Part shown: positions 38,440 through 51,610 of the stretch, in pieces | Layout: every line of letters starts with the position of its first letter | How positions within the stretch are numbered: position 1 is the first letter of the stretch | Source of the DNA: Octopus vulgaris | Lineage: Eukaryota | Length of the DNA stretch: 64,000 bases | Direction: 5' to 3' | NCBI GenBank assembly: GCA_951406725.2 | Contig: OX597817.1 | Coordinates: 35,216,001 to 35,280,000, forward strand | Made by a program: the position numbers and the translations under genes | Notes under the pieces: model-generated | What the model saw: the letters and a program-made list of their open reading frames with translations, nothing else | Database searches by the model: none | What the model was told of the DNA's origin: nothing

Positions 38440-39600
38440 GCGCCAGACTTAAGATCTCTTGAACATACACGTCTTCAAATAGGCTTTCATATTGTCTCTT
38501 ATATCTCTATTTTGATAGACCAGATATAGAATATTTGGCGGATTCAGCAGGGTTCTCCGATGCCGATGTGTCCAGTGCAGCGTAGCAGAGCCTTCAACGA
38601 CATAGTCTCCAACAATTACGAATTTTCCGCCTGGTCCTGCTACCTGAAGGCCATGCTCAATCGCAAAATTCTCAAGTGGAAATGTTCGAATTGCTTGAGG
38701 AGAGTTTTGAAGAGCATCCAGATTTCACACCCATATAGGATGGATGAGAGTAAAACAACTTGATATACTGATTTCTTTTATGGGATCGAAAATGAGCTAG
38801 TAACTAGTTACATATGCTAATACATACAGCTGTCTCTGGAGAAAGAGCCACTAGCAGAGGTGAAACTTCGAAGGAAGTTAGAGCACGTAATTCTTTTTAA
38901 TTAATCTTTGGGCAACCGTTTCCATGGTCGCAGTATTTACAGTGGGAGGGTAAGTGAGTTTTGTGAATAACAGTTTTCTCCAACGTTCCGTGATCCCCTC
39001 TTTATTTCTGAGAGTAATAATTATGTTATGAGGTGTTGATTGTAACTAGTTTCGTGAGATCCATAACCTTTAATGAATTAAAGAACACTTTTGAATTGTT
39101 TCATAAAGTTATACCTCACCTGTGTTTCAAACAAACCAGCTGTTCTACAAGAGGTATAATTCTTTATAGACTCCACTACGCAAGAGTTGGAAGTAACCTT
39201 TCTTTGACTTGGGATAAATCCCTTCGTCATTTAATAGGCCCCGTAAGTTTTACTCCTTCACACCAGGCACCGAGCCTGTACAGGCTAATACACCGGACTC
39301 TAAAGTACCACACGGGATACACCACTCTCTTCATGCCACAAGCTACACTACTGAGATCGAGCTGCTGCAGTTATCCATGTTGCTTGGAATAGCAAGGAAC
39401 ACGAGTCATCACTAACACCTATACCTTCATGATGAATAGCATGCAACCTCACAATCTCTTCTAGTACTAAACCTCACTGCCATTGAATCAATGAATATCT
39501 CTTCTGGCAAACGCATGTTTTCACAATAGCAAAGACGGCATCATAAAGATTCTATTAATTCTTCTTTAGCAAGATAAAATATTTCGGTTCCCAACATTTG
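38440..39600 (-). pseudogene. Ancient RTE-clade (BovB-like) LINE ORF remnant
   Basis: Minus strand SVYQVVLLSSILYGCEIWMLFKTLLKQFEHFHLRILR..QD..LRCTGHI..RYK-DNMKAYLK resembles the RTE VYxAVVLSSLLYGCETW..ERFH..LRWxGHV block. Weaker RT traces upstream (IVRL..HEG, DEGIY), so the far boundary is approximate. Confidence 0.7.
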
Positions 39601-40001
39601 AGATAAAACTGGGACGTCTGAGACCGCAAAGAACGGCCAGCCAGCCAATGTTATGCAGTCGCTCGCCAATACAACATACCTGAACCTATGGATTTCATAC
39701 GTGATGTCCTTTCCTTCGCAGCATTTTCAAACAATTCTACACTTTCATCCTCTCAGAGACGTCTCGCACTTTGCTCGACCCATCGTCACTCACATTGTGT
39801 CCATCTGCTAAGCCCACTCATTTTACGTCTAATGCTTTCTTCCCAGAACACCATGTTTGGAATTTTTTCTTTATGCAGATTTTGTTTTTCCCTGTAGCTG
39901 ACACGAAAAACGTTTGCAGAACAATAACAGCATCAACCTTACCGGCGCCGAAAGTATGTAAAGGTCGAAAAGCCCACCCTTTCCCGAAACAAAAATATAA
40001 A

Positions 40002-40013
40002 TGCTGTAAGCAT
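40002..40013 (+). pseudogene. 3' tip of a truncated 5S gene with its T-rich terminator flank
   Basis: TGCTGTAAGCAT followed by TCCCTTTTTG and array-type spacer. Confidence 0.65.
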
Positions 40014-40209
40014 TCCCTTTTTGTTTTTCTTTTTTTTTTACTATTACCGAAACTGCCTGATTTAACTTCGTTTTTTTTTACGGCTTATGAAATTTTCTAT
40101 ACTGTTACGGTCATTTGAGTTTTTAGTTAAAATGACCTTATCCTAAAAAACAAAACAAAGCTGTAGTATCGGTGTATAGAATAAACATCTAAAGATTTAC
40201 TACGCTGCT

Positions 40210-40266
40210 GCTTACGGCCATATCACGTTGAAAGAAACGGTTCTAGTCTTATCACCAAAGTTAAGC
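40210..40266 (+). pseudogene. 5S rRNA 5' half (nt 1-57), diverged
   Basis: Broken at GTTAAGC by the inversion junction. Confidence 0.85.
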
Positions 40267-40331
40267 CGTAAAAAAAAGACGAAGTTAACTCAGGCAGAGT
40301 TTCGGTGGCAGTAGAAACAAAACGAAAGGTA

Positions 40332-40451
40332 ATGCTTACAGCACCTAGGTTTCCCAAGCAGTCACCCATCTAAGTACTAACTAGGCTCGATGTTGCTTAA
40401 CTTCGGTGATCAGACGAGAACCGGTGCTTTCAACGTGATATGGCCGTAAGA
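40332..40451 (-). rRNA. 5S rRNA (variant, inverted array unit)
   Basis: Full length with ~4 substitutions including nt 1. Confidence 0.85.
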
Positions 40452-40754
40452 ATCAAAGTGGTAAATTTTAATTGATTTATTCTATAAACTGATAAATAAA
40501 TTTCTTATTATAGAATAAGTTGATCCTCTTTAAAATTTATATTTTTTTACATTCGATAACAACACATTATTTAACATATATTACACTTCATTTTCATTTT
40601 TCTCACCAAGTCCAAAACTAGAGATTAACGACGTGAGATGTGAGGTGTTTTCTCGTACAGATCAACGTTTAAGGAACGTAGTTACCTAACTTGCAGCTGT
40701 ATAATGTGTTTTAGGTAACTAAAAACTCAAATGACGGTAAAAATGAGAAGGAAA

Positions 40755-40792
40755 ATGGGTGACCGCTTGGGAACCCTAGGTGCTGTAAGCAT
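40755..40792 (+). pseudogene. 5S rRNA 3' part (nt 83-120)
   Basis: ATGGGTGACC...GTAAGCAT after the inversion junction. Confidence 0.85.
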
Positions 40793-41142
40793 TACCTTTG
40801 GTTTTTTTGTTGTGTTTTTTTTACAACTACCGAAACTCTGCCCGATTTAACTTCGTCTTTTTACGGTTTATGAAATTTTCTTTCTTGTTGTAACGGTCAT
40901 TTGAGTTTTTAGTTACCTAAAACACATTATACAGCAGCAAGTTAGGCAACTATGTTCCTTACACGTTGATCTGTACCAGAAAACACCTCACATCTCACGT
41001 CGTCAATCTCTAGTTGAGGACTCGGTGAGAAAAATGAAGATGAAATGTAATATATGTTAAATAAACTGTTGTCAAGGAATGTAAAAAAATATATATTTTA
41101 ATGAGGATCAACTTATTCTAAACTAAGAAGTTTATTTATCAG

Positions 41143-41179
41143 TTTATAGAATAAATATATTAAAATTTACCACTTCGAT
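41143..41179 (+). promoter_or_regulatory. Conserved upstream TATA-like element of 5S genes (example copy)
   Basis: TTTATAGAATAAATATATTAAAATTT at about -37 to -12 precedes essentially every 5S gene in the window, even where distal spacers differ. Confidence 0.6.
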
Positions 41180-41299
41180 GCTTACGGCCATATCACGTTG
41201 AAAGCACCGGTTCTCGTTCAATCACCGAAGTTAAGCAACATCGAGCCTAGTTAGTACTTAGATGGGTGACCGCTTGGGAGCCCTAGGTGCTGTAAGCAT
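41180..41299 (+). rRNA. 5S rRNA
   Basis: Array copy. Confidence 0.93.
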
Positions 41300-41302
41300 T
41301 AC

Positions 41303-41329
41303 CTTTTGTTTTTTTGTTGTTTTTTTTTT
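41303..41329 (+). terminator. Pol III oligo-dT terminator (example copy)
   Basis: CTTTTGTTTTTTTGTTGTTTTTTTTTT just 3' of the gene. Confidence 0.8.
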
Positions 41330-41686
41330 ACTACTACCGAAACTCTGCCTGATTTAACTTCGTCTTTTTACGGCTTATGAAATTTTCCTTCTCATTGTAA
41401 CGGTCATTTGAGTTTTTAGTTACCTAAAACACATTATACAGCAGCAAGTTAGGCAACTACGTTCCTTACACGTTGATCTGTACCAGAAAACACCTCACAT
41501 CTCACGTCGTTAATCTCTAGTTGAGGACTCGGTGAGAAAAATGAAAATGAAATGTAATATATGTTAAATAAACTGTTGTCAAGGAATGTAAAAAAATATA
41601 TATTTTAATGAGGATCAACTTATTCTAAAATAAGAAGTTTATTTATCAGTTTATAGAATAAATATATTAAAATTTACCACTTTGAT

Positions 41687-41806
41687 GCTTACGGCCATAT
41701 CACGTTGAAAACACCGGTTCTCGTCCGATCACCGAAGTTAAGCAGCATCGAGCCTAGTTAGTACTTAGATGGGTGACCGCTTGGGAACCCTAGGTGCTGT
41801 AAGCAT
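41687..41806 (+). rRNA. 5S rRNA
   Basis: Array copy (C39, A25 like the dispersed type). Confidence 0.95.
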
Positions 41807-42193
41807 TACCTTTTGTTTTTTTGTTGTTTTTTTTTTACTACTACCGAAACTCTGCCTGATTTAACTTCGTCTTTTTACGGCTTATGAAATTTTCCTTCTC
41901 ATTGTAACGGTCATTTGAGTTTTTAGTTACCTAAAACACATTATACAGCAGCAAGTTAGGCAACTACGTTCCTTACACGTTGATCTGTACCAGAAAACAC
42001 CTCACATCTCACGTCGTTAATCTCTAGTTGAGGACTCGGTGAGAAAAATGAAAATGAAATGTAATATATGTTAAATAAACTGTTGTCAAGGAATGTAAAA
42101 AAATATATATTTTAATGAGGATCAACTTATTCTAAAATAAGAAGTTTATTTATCAGTTTATAGAATAAATATATTAAAATTTACCACTTTGAT

Positions 42194-42313
42194 GCTTACG
42201 GCCATATCACGTTGAAAGCACCGGTTCTCGTTCGATCACCGAAGTTAAGCAACATCGAGCCTAGTTAGTACTTAGATGGGTGACCGCTTGGGAACCCAAG
42301 GTGCTGTAAGCAT
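42194..42313 (+). rRNA. 5S rRNA
   Basis: Array copy. Confidence 0.95.
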
Positions 42314-42688
42314 TACCTTTTGTTTTTTTTTTACTACTACCGAAACTCTGCCTGATTTAACTTCGTCTTTTTACGGCTTATGAAATTTTCCTTCTCATTG
42401 TAACAGTCATTTGAGTTTTTAGTTACCTAAAACACATTATACAGCAGCAAGTTAGGCAACTACGTTCCTTACACGTTGATCTGTACCAGAAAACACCTCA
42501 CATCTCACGTCGTTAATCTCTAGTTGAGGACTCGGTGAGAAAATGAAAATGAAATGTAATATATGTTATATAAACTGTTGTCAAGGAATGTAAAAAAATA
42601 TATATTTTAATGAGGATCAACTTATTCTAAAATAAGAAGTTTATTTATCAGTTTATAGAATAAATATATTAAAATTTACCACTTTGAT

Positions 42689-42808
42689 GCTTACGGCCAT
42701 ATCACGTTGAAAGCACCGGTTCTCGTTCGATCACCGAAGTTAAGCAACATCGAGCCTAGTTAGTACTTAGATGGGTGACCGCTTGGGAACCCTAGGGGCA
42801 GTAAGCAT
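42689..42808 (+). rRNA. 5S rRNA
   Basis: Array copy, 3' variant. Confidence 0.9.
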
Positions 42809-43138
42809 TTCCTGTATTGTTACGGCTTATGAAATTTTCCTTCTTGTTGTAACGGTCAATTGAGTTTTTAGTTACCTAAAACACATTATACAGCAGCAAG
42901 TTAGGCAACTACGTTCCTTACACGTTGATCTGTACCAGAAAACACCTGACATCTCACGTCGTCAATCTCCAGTTGAGGACTCGGTGAGAAAAATGAAAAT
43001 GAAATGTAATATATGTTAAATAAACTGTTGTCAAGGAATGTAAAAAAATATATATTTTAATGAGGATCAACTTACTCTAAAATAAGAAGATTATTTATCA
43101 GTTTATAGAATAAATATATTAAAATTTACCACATTGAT

Positions 43139-43258
43139 GCTTACGGCCATATCACGTTGAAAGAACCGGTTCTCGTTCGATCACCGAAGTTAAGCAACAT
43201 CGAGCCTAGTTAGTACTTAGATGGGTGACCGCTTGGGAACCCTAGGTGCTGTAAGCAT
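43139..43258 (+). rRNA. 5S rRNA
   Basis: Array copy. Confidence 0.95.
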
Positions 43259-43642
43259 TACCTTTTGTTTTTTTGTTGTTTTTTTTACTACTACCGAAAC
43301 TCTGCCTGATTTAACTTCGTCTTTTTACGGCTTATGAAATTTTTCTTCTTTTGTAACGGTCATTTGAGTTTTTAGTTACCTAAAACACATTATACAGCAG
43401 CAAGTTAGGCAACTACGTTCCTTACACGTTGATCTGTACCAGAAAACACCTCACATCTCACGTCGTTAATCTCCAGTTGAGGACTCGGTGAGAAAAATGA
43501 AAATGAAATGTAATATATGTTAAAAAAACTGTTGTCAAGGAATGTAAAAAAATATATATTTTAATGAGGATCAACTTATTCTAAAATAAGAAGTTTATTT
43601 ATCAGTTTATTGAATAAATATATTAAAATTTACCACTTTGAT

Positions 43643-43762
43643 GCTTACGGCCATATCACGTTGAAAGCACCGGTTCTCGTTAGATCACCGAAGTTAAGCA
43701 ACATCGAGCCTAGTTAGTACTTAGATGGGTGACCGCTTGGGAACCCTAGGTGCTGTAAGCAT
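43643..43762 (+). rRNA. 5S rRNA
   Basis: Array copy. Confidence 0.95.
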
Positions 43763-44152
43763 TACCTTTTGTTTTTTTGTTGTTTTTTTTTTACTACTAC
43801 CGAAACTCTGCCTGATTTAACTTCGTCTTTTTACGGCTTATGAAATTTTCCTTCTCATTGTAACGGTCATTTGAGTTTTTAGTTACCTAAAACACATTAT
43901 ACAGCAACAAGTTAGGCAACTACGTTCCTTACACGTTGATCTGTACCAGAAAACACCTCACATCTCACGTCGTTAATCTCTAGTTGAGGACTCGGTGAGA
44001 AAAATGAAAATGAAATGTAATATATGTTAAATAAACTGTTGTGAAGGAATGTAAAAAAAAAATATATATTTTAATGAGGATCAACTTATTCTAAAATAAG
44101 AAGTTTATTTATAAGTTTATAGAATAAATATATTAAAATTTACCACTTTGAT

Positions 44153-44272
44153 GCTTACGGCCATATCATGTTGAAAGCACCGGTTCTCGTACGATCACCG
44201 AAGTTAAGCAACATCGAGCCGAGTTAGTACTTAGATGGGTGACCGCTTGGGAACCCTAGGTGCTGTAAGCAT
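44153..44272 (+). rRNA. 5S rRNA
   Basis: Array copy, variant. Confidence 0.92.
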
Positions 44273-44596
44273 TTCCTGTCTTTTTACGGCTAATGAAATT
44301 TTCCTTCTTGTTGTAACGGTCAATTGAGTTTTTAGTTACCTAAAACACATTATACAGCAGCAAGTTAGGCAACTACGTTCCTTGCATGTTGATCTGTACC
44401 AGAAAACACCTCACATCTCACGTCGTTAATCTCTAGTTGAGGACTCGGTGAGAAAAATGAAATGAAATATATGTTAACTAAACTGTTGTCAAGGAATGTA
44501 AAAAAATATATATTTTAATGAGGATCAACTTACTCTAAAATAAGAAGTTTATTTATCAGTTTATAGAATAAATATATTAAAATTTACCACTTTGAT

Positions 44597-44716
44597 GCTT
44601 ACGGCCATATCACGTTGAAAGCACCGGTTCTCGTTCGATCACCGAAGTTAAGCAACATCGAGCCTAGTTAGTACTTAGATGGGTGACCGCTTGGGAACCC
44701 TAGGTGCTGTAAGCAT
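44597..44716 (+). rRNA. 5S rRNA
   Basis: Array copy. Confidence 0.96.
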
Positions 44717-45102
44717 TACCTTTTGTTTTTTTGTTGTTTTTTTTTACTACTACCGAAACTCTGCCTGATTTAACTTCGTCTTTTTACGGCTTATGAAATT
44801 TTCCTTCTCATTGTAACGGTCAATTGAGATTTTAGTTACCTAAAACACATTATACAGCAGCAATTTAGGCATCTACGTTCCTTACACGTTGATCTGTACC
44901 AGAAAACACCTCACATCTCACGTCGTTAATCTCTAGTTTAGGACTCGGTGAGAAAAATGAATATGAAATGTAATATATGTTAAATAAACTGTTGTCAAGG
45001 AATGTAAAAAAATATATATTTTAATGAGGATCAACTTATTCTAAAATAAGAAGTTTATTTATCAGTTTATAGAATAAATATATTAAAATTTACCACTTTG
45101 AT

Positions 45103-45222
45103 GCTTACGGCCATATCACGTTGAAAGCACCGGTTCTCGTTCGATCACCGAAGTTAAGCAACATCGAGCCTAGTTAGTACTTAGATGGGTGACCGCTTGG
45201 GAACCCTAGGTGCTGTAAGCAT
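45103..45222 (+). rRNA. 5S rRNA
   Basis: Array copy. Confidence 0.96.
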
Positions 45223-45603
45223 TACCTTTTGTTTTTTTGTTGTTTTTTTTTTACTACTACCGAAACTCTGCCTGATTTAACTTCGTCTTTTTACGGCTTA
45301 TGAAATTTTCCTTCTCATTGTAACGGTCATTTGAGTTTTTAGTTACCTAAAACACATTATACAGCAGCAAGTTAGGCAACTACGTTCCTTACACGTTGAT
45401 CTGTACCAGAAAACACCTCACATCTCACGTCGTTAATCTCTAGTTGAGGACTCGGTGAGAAAAATGAAATGAAATATATGTTAACTAAACTGTTGTCAAG
45501 GAATGTAAAAAAATATATATTTTAATGAGGATCAACTTACTCTAAAATAAGAAGATTATTTATCAGTTTACAGAATAAATATATTAAAATTTACCACTTT
45601 GAT

Positions 45604-45723
45604 GCTTACGGCCATATCACGTTGAAAGCACCGGTTCTTGTTCGATCACCGAAGTTAAGCAACATCGAGCCTAGTTAGTACTTAGATGGGTGACCGCTTG
45701 GGAACCCTAGGTGCTGTAAGCTT
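45604..45723 (+). rRNA. 5S rRNA
   Basis: Array copy. Confidence 0.95.
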
Positions 45724-46098
45724 TTCCAGTTGTTTTTTTTTACTACTACCGAAACTCTGCCTGATTTAACTTCGTCTTTCTACGGCTTATGAAATTTTCG
45801 TTCTTGTTGTAACGGTCATTTGAGTTTTTAGTTACCTAAAACACATTATACAGCAGCAAGTTAGGCAACTACGTTCCTTACACGTTGATCTGTACCAGAA
45901 AACACCTCACATCTCACGTCGTTAATCTCTAGTTGAGGACTCGGTGAGAAAAATGAAAATGAAATGTAATATATGTTAAATAAACTGTTGTCAAGGAATG
46001 TAAAAAAATATATATTTTAATGAGGATCAACTTATTCTAAAATAAGAAGTTTATTTATCAGTTTATAGAATAAATATATTAAAATTTACCACTTTGAT

Positions 46099-46218
46099 GC
46101 TTACGGCCATATCACGTTGAAAGCACCGGTTCTCGTTCGATCACCGAAGTTAAGCAACATCGAGCCTAGTTAGTACTTAGATGGGTGACCGCTTGGGAAC
46201 CCTAGGTGCTGTAAGCAT
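46099..46218 (+). rRNA. 5S rRNA
   Basis: Array copy. Confidence 0.96.
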
Positions 46219-46603
46219 TACCTTTTGTTTTTTTGTTTTTTTTTTTACTACTACCGAAACTCTGCCTGATTTAACTTCGTCTTTTTACGGCTTATGAAAT
46301 TTTCCTTCTCATTGTAACGGTCATTTGAGTTTTTAGTTACCTAAAACACATTATACAGCAGCAAGTTAGGCAACTACGTTCCTTACACGTTGATCTGTAC
46401 CAGAAAACACCTCACATCTCACGTCGTTAATCTCTAGTTGAGGACTCGGTGAGAAAAATGAAAATGAAACGTAATATATGTTAAATAAACTGTTGTCAAG
46501 GAATGTAAAAAAATATATATTTTAATGAGGATCAACTTATTCTAAAATAAGAAGTTTATTTATCAGTTTATAGAATAAATATATTAAAATTTACCACTTT
46601 GAT

Positions 46604-46723
46604 GCTTACGGCCATATCACGTTGAAAGCACCGGTTCTCGTTCGATCACCGAAGTTAAGCAACATCGAGCCTAGTTAGTACTTAGATGGGTGACCGCTTG
46701 GGAACCCTAGGTGCTGTAAGCAT
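46604..46723 (+). rRNA. 5S rRNA
   Basis: Array copy. Confidence 0.96.
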
Positions 46724-47110
46724 TACCTTTTGTTTTTTTGTTGTTTTTTTTTTACTACTACCGAAACTCTGCCTGATTTAACTTCGTCTTTTTACGGCTT
46801 ATGAAATTTTCCTTCTCATTGTAACGGTCATTTGAGTTTTTAGTTACCTAAAACACATTATACAGCAGCAAGTTAGGCAACTACGTTCCTTACACGTTGA
46901 TCTGTACCAGAAAACACCTCACATCTCACGTCGTTAATCTCTAGTTGAGGACTCGGTGAGAAAAATGAAAATGAAATGTAATATATGTTAAATAAACTGT
47001 TGTCAAGGAATGTAAAAAAATATATATTTTAATGAGGATCAACTTATTCTAAAATAAGAAGTTTATTTATCAGTTTATAGAATAAATATATTAAAATTTA
47101 CCACTTTGAT

Positions 47111-47230
47111 GCTTACGGCCATATCACGTTGAAAGCACCGGTTCTCGTTCGATCACCGAAGTTAAGCAACATCGAGCCTAGTTAGTACTTAGATGGGTGA
47201 CCGCTTGGGAACCCTAGGTGCTGTAAGCAT
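47111..47230 (+). rRNA. 5S rRNA
   Basis: Array copy. Confidence 0.96.
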
Positions 47231-47617
47231 TACCTTTTGTTTTTTTGTTGTTTTTTTTTACTACTACCGAAACTCTGCCTGATTTAACTTCGTCTTTTTA
47301 CGGCTTATGAAATTTTCCTTCTCATTTGTAACAGTCATTTGAGTTTTTAGTTACCTAAAACACATTATACAGCAGCAAGTTAGGCAACTACGTTCCTTAC
47401 ACGTTGATCTGTACCAGAAAACACCTCACATCTCACGTCGTTAATCTCTAGTTGAGGACTCGGTGAGAAAAATGAAAATGTAACGTAATATATGTTAAAT
47501 AAACTGTTGTCAAGGAATGTAAAAAAATATATATTTTAATGAGGATCAACTTATTCTAAAATAAGAAGTTTATTTATCAGTTTATAGAATAAATATATTA
47601 AAATTTACCACTTTGAT

Positions 47618-47737
47618 GCTTACGGCCATATCACGTTGAAAGCACCGGTTCTCGTTCGATCACCGAAGTTAAGCAACATCGAGCCTAGTTAGTACTTAGA
47701 TGGGTGACCGCTTGGGAACCCTAGGTGCTGTAAGCAT
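47618..47737 (+). rRNA. 5S rRNA
   Basis: Array copy. Confidence 0.96.
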
Positions 47738-48123
47738 TACCTTTTGTTTTTTTGTTGTTTTTTTTTACTACTACCGAAACTCTGCCTGATTTAACTTCGT
47801 CTTTTTACGGCTTATGAAATTTTCCTTCTCATTGTAACGGTCATTTGAGTTTTTAGTTACCTAAAACACATTATACAGCAGCAAGTTAGGCAACTACGTT
47901 CCTTACACGTTGATCTGTACCAGAAAACACCTCACATCTCACGTCGTTAATCTCTAGTTGAGGACTCGGTGAGAAAAATGAAAATGTAACGTAATATATG
48001 TTAAATAAACTGTTGTCAAGGAATGTAAAAAAATATATATTTTAATGAGGATCAACTTATTCTAAAATAAGAAGTTTATTTATCAGTTTATAGAATAAAT
48101 ATTTTTAAATTTACCACTTTGAT

Positions 48124-48243
48124 GCTTACGGCCATATCACGTTGAAAGCACCGGTTCTCGTTCGATCACCGAAGTTAAGCAACATCGAGCCTAGTTAGTA
48201 CTTAGATGGGTGACCGCTTGGGAACCCTAGGTGCTGTAAGCAT
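48124..48243 (+). rRNA. 5S rRNA
   Basis: Array copy. Confidence 0.96.
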
Positions 48244-48630
48244 TACCTTTTGTTTTTTTGTTGTTTTTTTTTTACTACTACCGAAACTCTGCCTGATTTA
48301 ACTTCGTCTTTTTACGGCTTATGAAATTTTCCTTCTCATTGTAACGGTCATTTGAGTTTTTAGTTACCTAAAACACATTATACAGCAGCAAGTTAGGCAA
48401 CTACGTTCCTTACACGTTGATCTGTACCAGAAAACACCTCACATCTCACGTCGTTAATCTCTAGTTGAGGTCTCAGTGAGAAAAATGAAAATGAAATGTA
48501 ATATATGTTAAATAAACTGTTGTCAAGGAATGTAAAAAAATATATATTTTAATGAGGATCAACTTATTCGAAACTAAGAAGTTTATTTATCAGTTTATAG
48601 AATAAATATATTAAAAGTTACCACTTTGAT

Positions 48631-48750
48631 GCTTACGGCCATATCATGTTGAAAGCACCGGTTCTCGTTCGATCACCGAAGTTAAGCATTATCAAGCCTA
48701 GTTAGTACTTAGATGGGTGACCGGTTGGGAACCCTAGGTGCTGTAAGCAT
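48631..48750 (+). rRNA. 5S rRNA
   Basis: Array copy, several substitutions. Confidence 0.9.
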
Positions 48751-49133
48751 TACCTTTGTTTTTTTGTTGTTTTTTTTTTACTACTACCGAAACTCTGCCT
48801 GATTTAACTTCGTCTTTTTACGGCTTATGAAATTTTCCTTCTCATTGTAACGGTCATTTGAGTTTTTAGTTACCTAAAACACATTATACAGCAGCAAGTT
48901 AGGCAACTACGTTCCTTACACGTTGATCTGTACCAGAAAACACCTCACATCTCACGTCGTTAATCTCTAGTTGACTCGGTGAGAAAAATGAAAATGAAAT
49001 GTAATATATGTTAAATAAACTGTTGTCAAGGAATGTAAAAAAATATATATTTTAATGAGGATCAACTTATTCTAAAATAAGAAGTTTATTTATCAGTTTA
49101 TAGAATAAATATATTAAAATTTACCACTTTGAA

Positions 49134-49253
49134 GCTTACGGCCATATCATGTTGAAAGCACCGTTTCTCGTACGATAACCGAAGTTGAGCAACATCGAGC
49201 CGAGTTAGTACTTAGATGGGTGACCGCTTTGGAACCCTAGGTGCTGTAAGCAT
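49134..49253 (+). rRNA. 5S rRNA
   Basis: Array copy, several substitutions. Confidence 0.88.
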
Positions 49254-49583
49254 TTCCTGTCTTTTTACGGCTTATGAAACTTTCCTTCTTGTTGTAACGG
49301 TAAGTTGAGTTTTTAGTTACCTAAAACACATTATACAGCAGCAAGTTAGGCAACTACGTTCCTTACACGTTGATCTGTACCAGAAAACACCTCACATCTC
49401 ACGTCGTTAATCTCCAGTTGAGGACTCGGTGAGAAAAATGAAAATGAAATGTAATATACGTTAAAAAAACTGTTGTCAAGGAATGTAAAAAAATATATAT
49501 TTTAATGAGGATCAACTTACTCTAAAATAAGAAGTTTATTTATCAGTTTATAGAATAAATATATTAAAATTTACCACTTTGAT

Positions 49584-49703
49584 GCTTACGGCCATATCAC
49601 GTTGAAAGCACCGGTTCTCGTTCGATCACCGAAGTTAAGCAACATCGAGCCTAGTTAGTACTTAGATGGGTGACCGCTTGGGAACCCTAGGTGCTGTAAG
49701 CAT
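49584..49703 (+). rRNA. 5S rRNA
   Basis: Array copy. Confidence 0.96.
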
Positions 49704-50090
49704 TACCTTTTGTTTTTTTGTTGTTTTTTTTTTACTACTACCGAAACTCTGCCTGATTTAACTTCGTCTTTTTACGGCTTATGAAATTTTCCTTCTTTTT
49801 GTAACGGTCATTTGAGTTTTTAGTTACCTAAAACACATTATACAGCAGCAAGTTAGGCAACTACGTTCCTTACACGTTGATCTGTACCAGAAAACACCTC
49901 ACATCTCACGTCGTTAATCTCTAGTTGAGGACTCGGTGAGAAAAATGAAAATGAAATGTAATATATGTTAAATAAACTGTTGTCAAGGAATGTAAAAAAA
50001 TATATATTTTAATGAGGATCAACTTATTCTAAAATAAGAAGTTTATTTATCAGTTTATAGAATAAATATATTAAAATTTACCACTTTGAT

Positions 50091-50210
50091 GCTTACGGCC
50101 ATATCACGTTGAAAGCACCGGTTCTCGTTCGATCACCGAAGTTAAGCAACATCGAGCCTAGTTAGTACTTAGATGGGTGACCGCTTGGGAACCCTAGGTG
50201 CTGTAAGCAT
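50091..50210 (+). rRNA. 5S rRNA
   Basis: Array copy. Confidence 0.96.
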
Positions 50211-50597
50211 TACCTTTTGTTTTTTTGTTGTTTTTTTTTTACTACTACCGAAACTCTGCCTGATTTAACTTCGTCTTTTTACGGCTTATGAAATTTTCCT
50301 TCTCATTGTAACGGTCATTTGAGTTTTTAGTTACCTAAAACACATTATACAGCAGCAAGTTAGGCAACTACGTTCCTTACACGTTGATCTGTACCAGAAA
50401 ACACCTCACATCTCACGTCGTTAATCTCTAGTTGAGGACTCGGTGAGAAAAATGAAAATGTAACGTAATATATGTTAAATAAACTGTTGTCAAGGAATGT
50501 AAAAAAATATATATTTTAATGAGGATCAACTTATTCTAAAATAAGAAGTTTATTTATCAGTTTATAGAATAAATATATTAAAATTTACCACTTTGAT

Positions 50598-50717
50598 GCT
50601 TACGGCCATATCACGTTGAAAGCACCGGTTCTCGTTCGATCACCGAAGTTAAGCAACATCGAGCCTAGTTAGTACTTAGATGGGTGACCGCTTGGGAACC
50701 CTAGGTGCTGTAAGCAT
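50598..50717 (+). rRNA. 5S rRNA
   Basis: Array copy. Confidence 0.96.
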
Positions 50718-51103
50718 TACCTTTTGTTTTTTTGTTGTTTTTTTTTTACTACTACCGAAACTCTGCCTGATTTAACTTCGTCTTTTTACGGCTTATGAAA
50801 TTTTCCTTCTCATTGTAACGGTCATTTGAGTTTTTAGTTACCTAAAACACATTATACAGCAGCAAGTTAGGCAACTACGTTCCTTACACGTTGATCTGTA
50901 CCAGAAAACACCTCACATCTCACGTCGTTAATCTCTAGTTGAGGACTCGGTGAGAAAAATGAAAATGAAATGTAATATATGTTAAATAAACTGTTGTCAA
51001 GGAATGTAAAAAAATATATATTTTAATGAGGATCAACTTATTCTAAATAAGAAGTTTATTTATCAGTTTATAGAATAAATATTTTAAAATTTACCACTTT
51101 GAT

Positions 51104-51223
51104 GCTTACGGCCATATCACGTTGAAAGCACCGGTTCTCGTTCGATCAGCGAAGTTAAGCAACATCGAGCCTAGTTAGTACTTAGATGGGTGACCGCTTG
51201 GGAACCCTAGGTGCTGTAAGCAT
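51104..51223 (+). rRNA. 5S rRNA
   Basis: Array copy. Confidence 0.95.
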
Positions 51224-51610
51224 TACCTTTTGTTTTTTTGTTGTTTTTTTTTTACTACTACCGAAACTCTGCCTGATTTAACTTCGTCTTTTTACGGCTT
51301 ATGAAATTTTCCTTCTCATTGTAACGGTCATTTGAGTTTTTAGTTACCTAAAACACATTATACAGCAGCAAGTTAGGCAACTACGTTCCTTACACGTTGA
51401 TCTGTACCAGAAAACACCTCACATCTCACGTCGTTAATCTCTAGTTGAGGACTCGGTGAGAAAAATGAAAATGTAACGTAATATATGTTAAATAAACTGT
51501 TGTCAAGGAATGTAAAAAAATATATATTTTAATGAGGATCAACTTATTCTAAAATAAGAAGTTTATTTATCAGTTTATAGAATAAATATATTAAAATTTA
51601 CCACTTTGAT

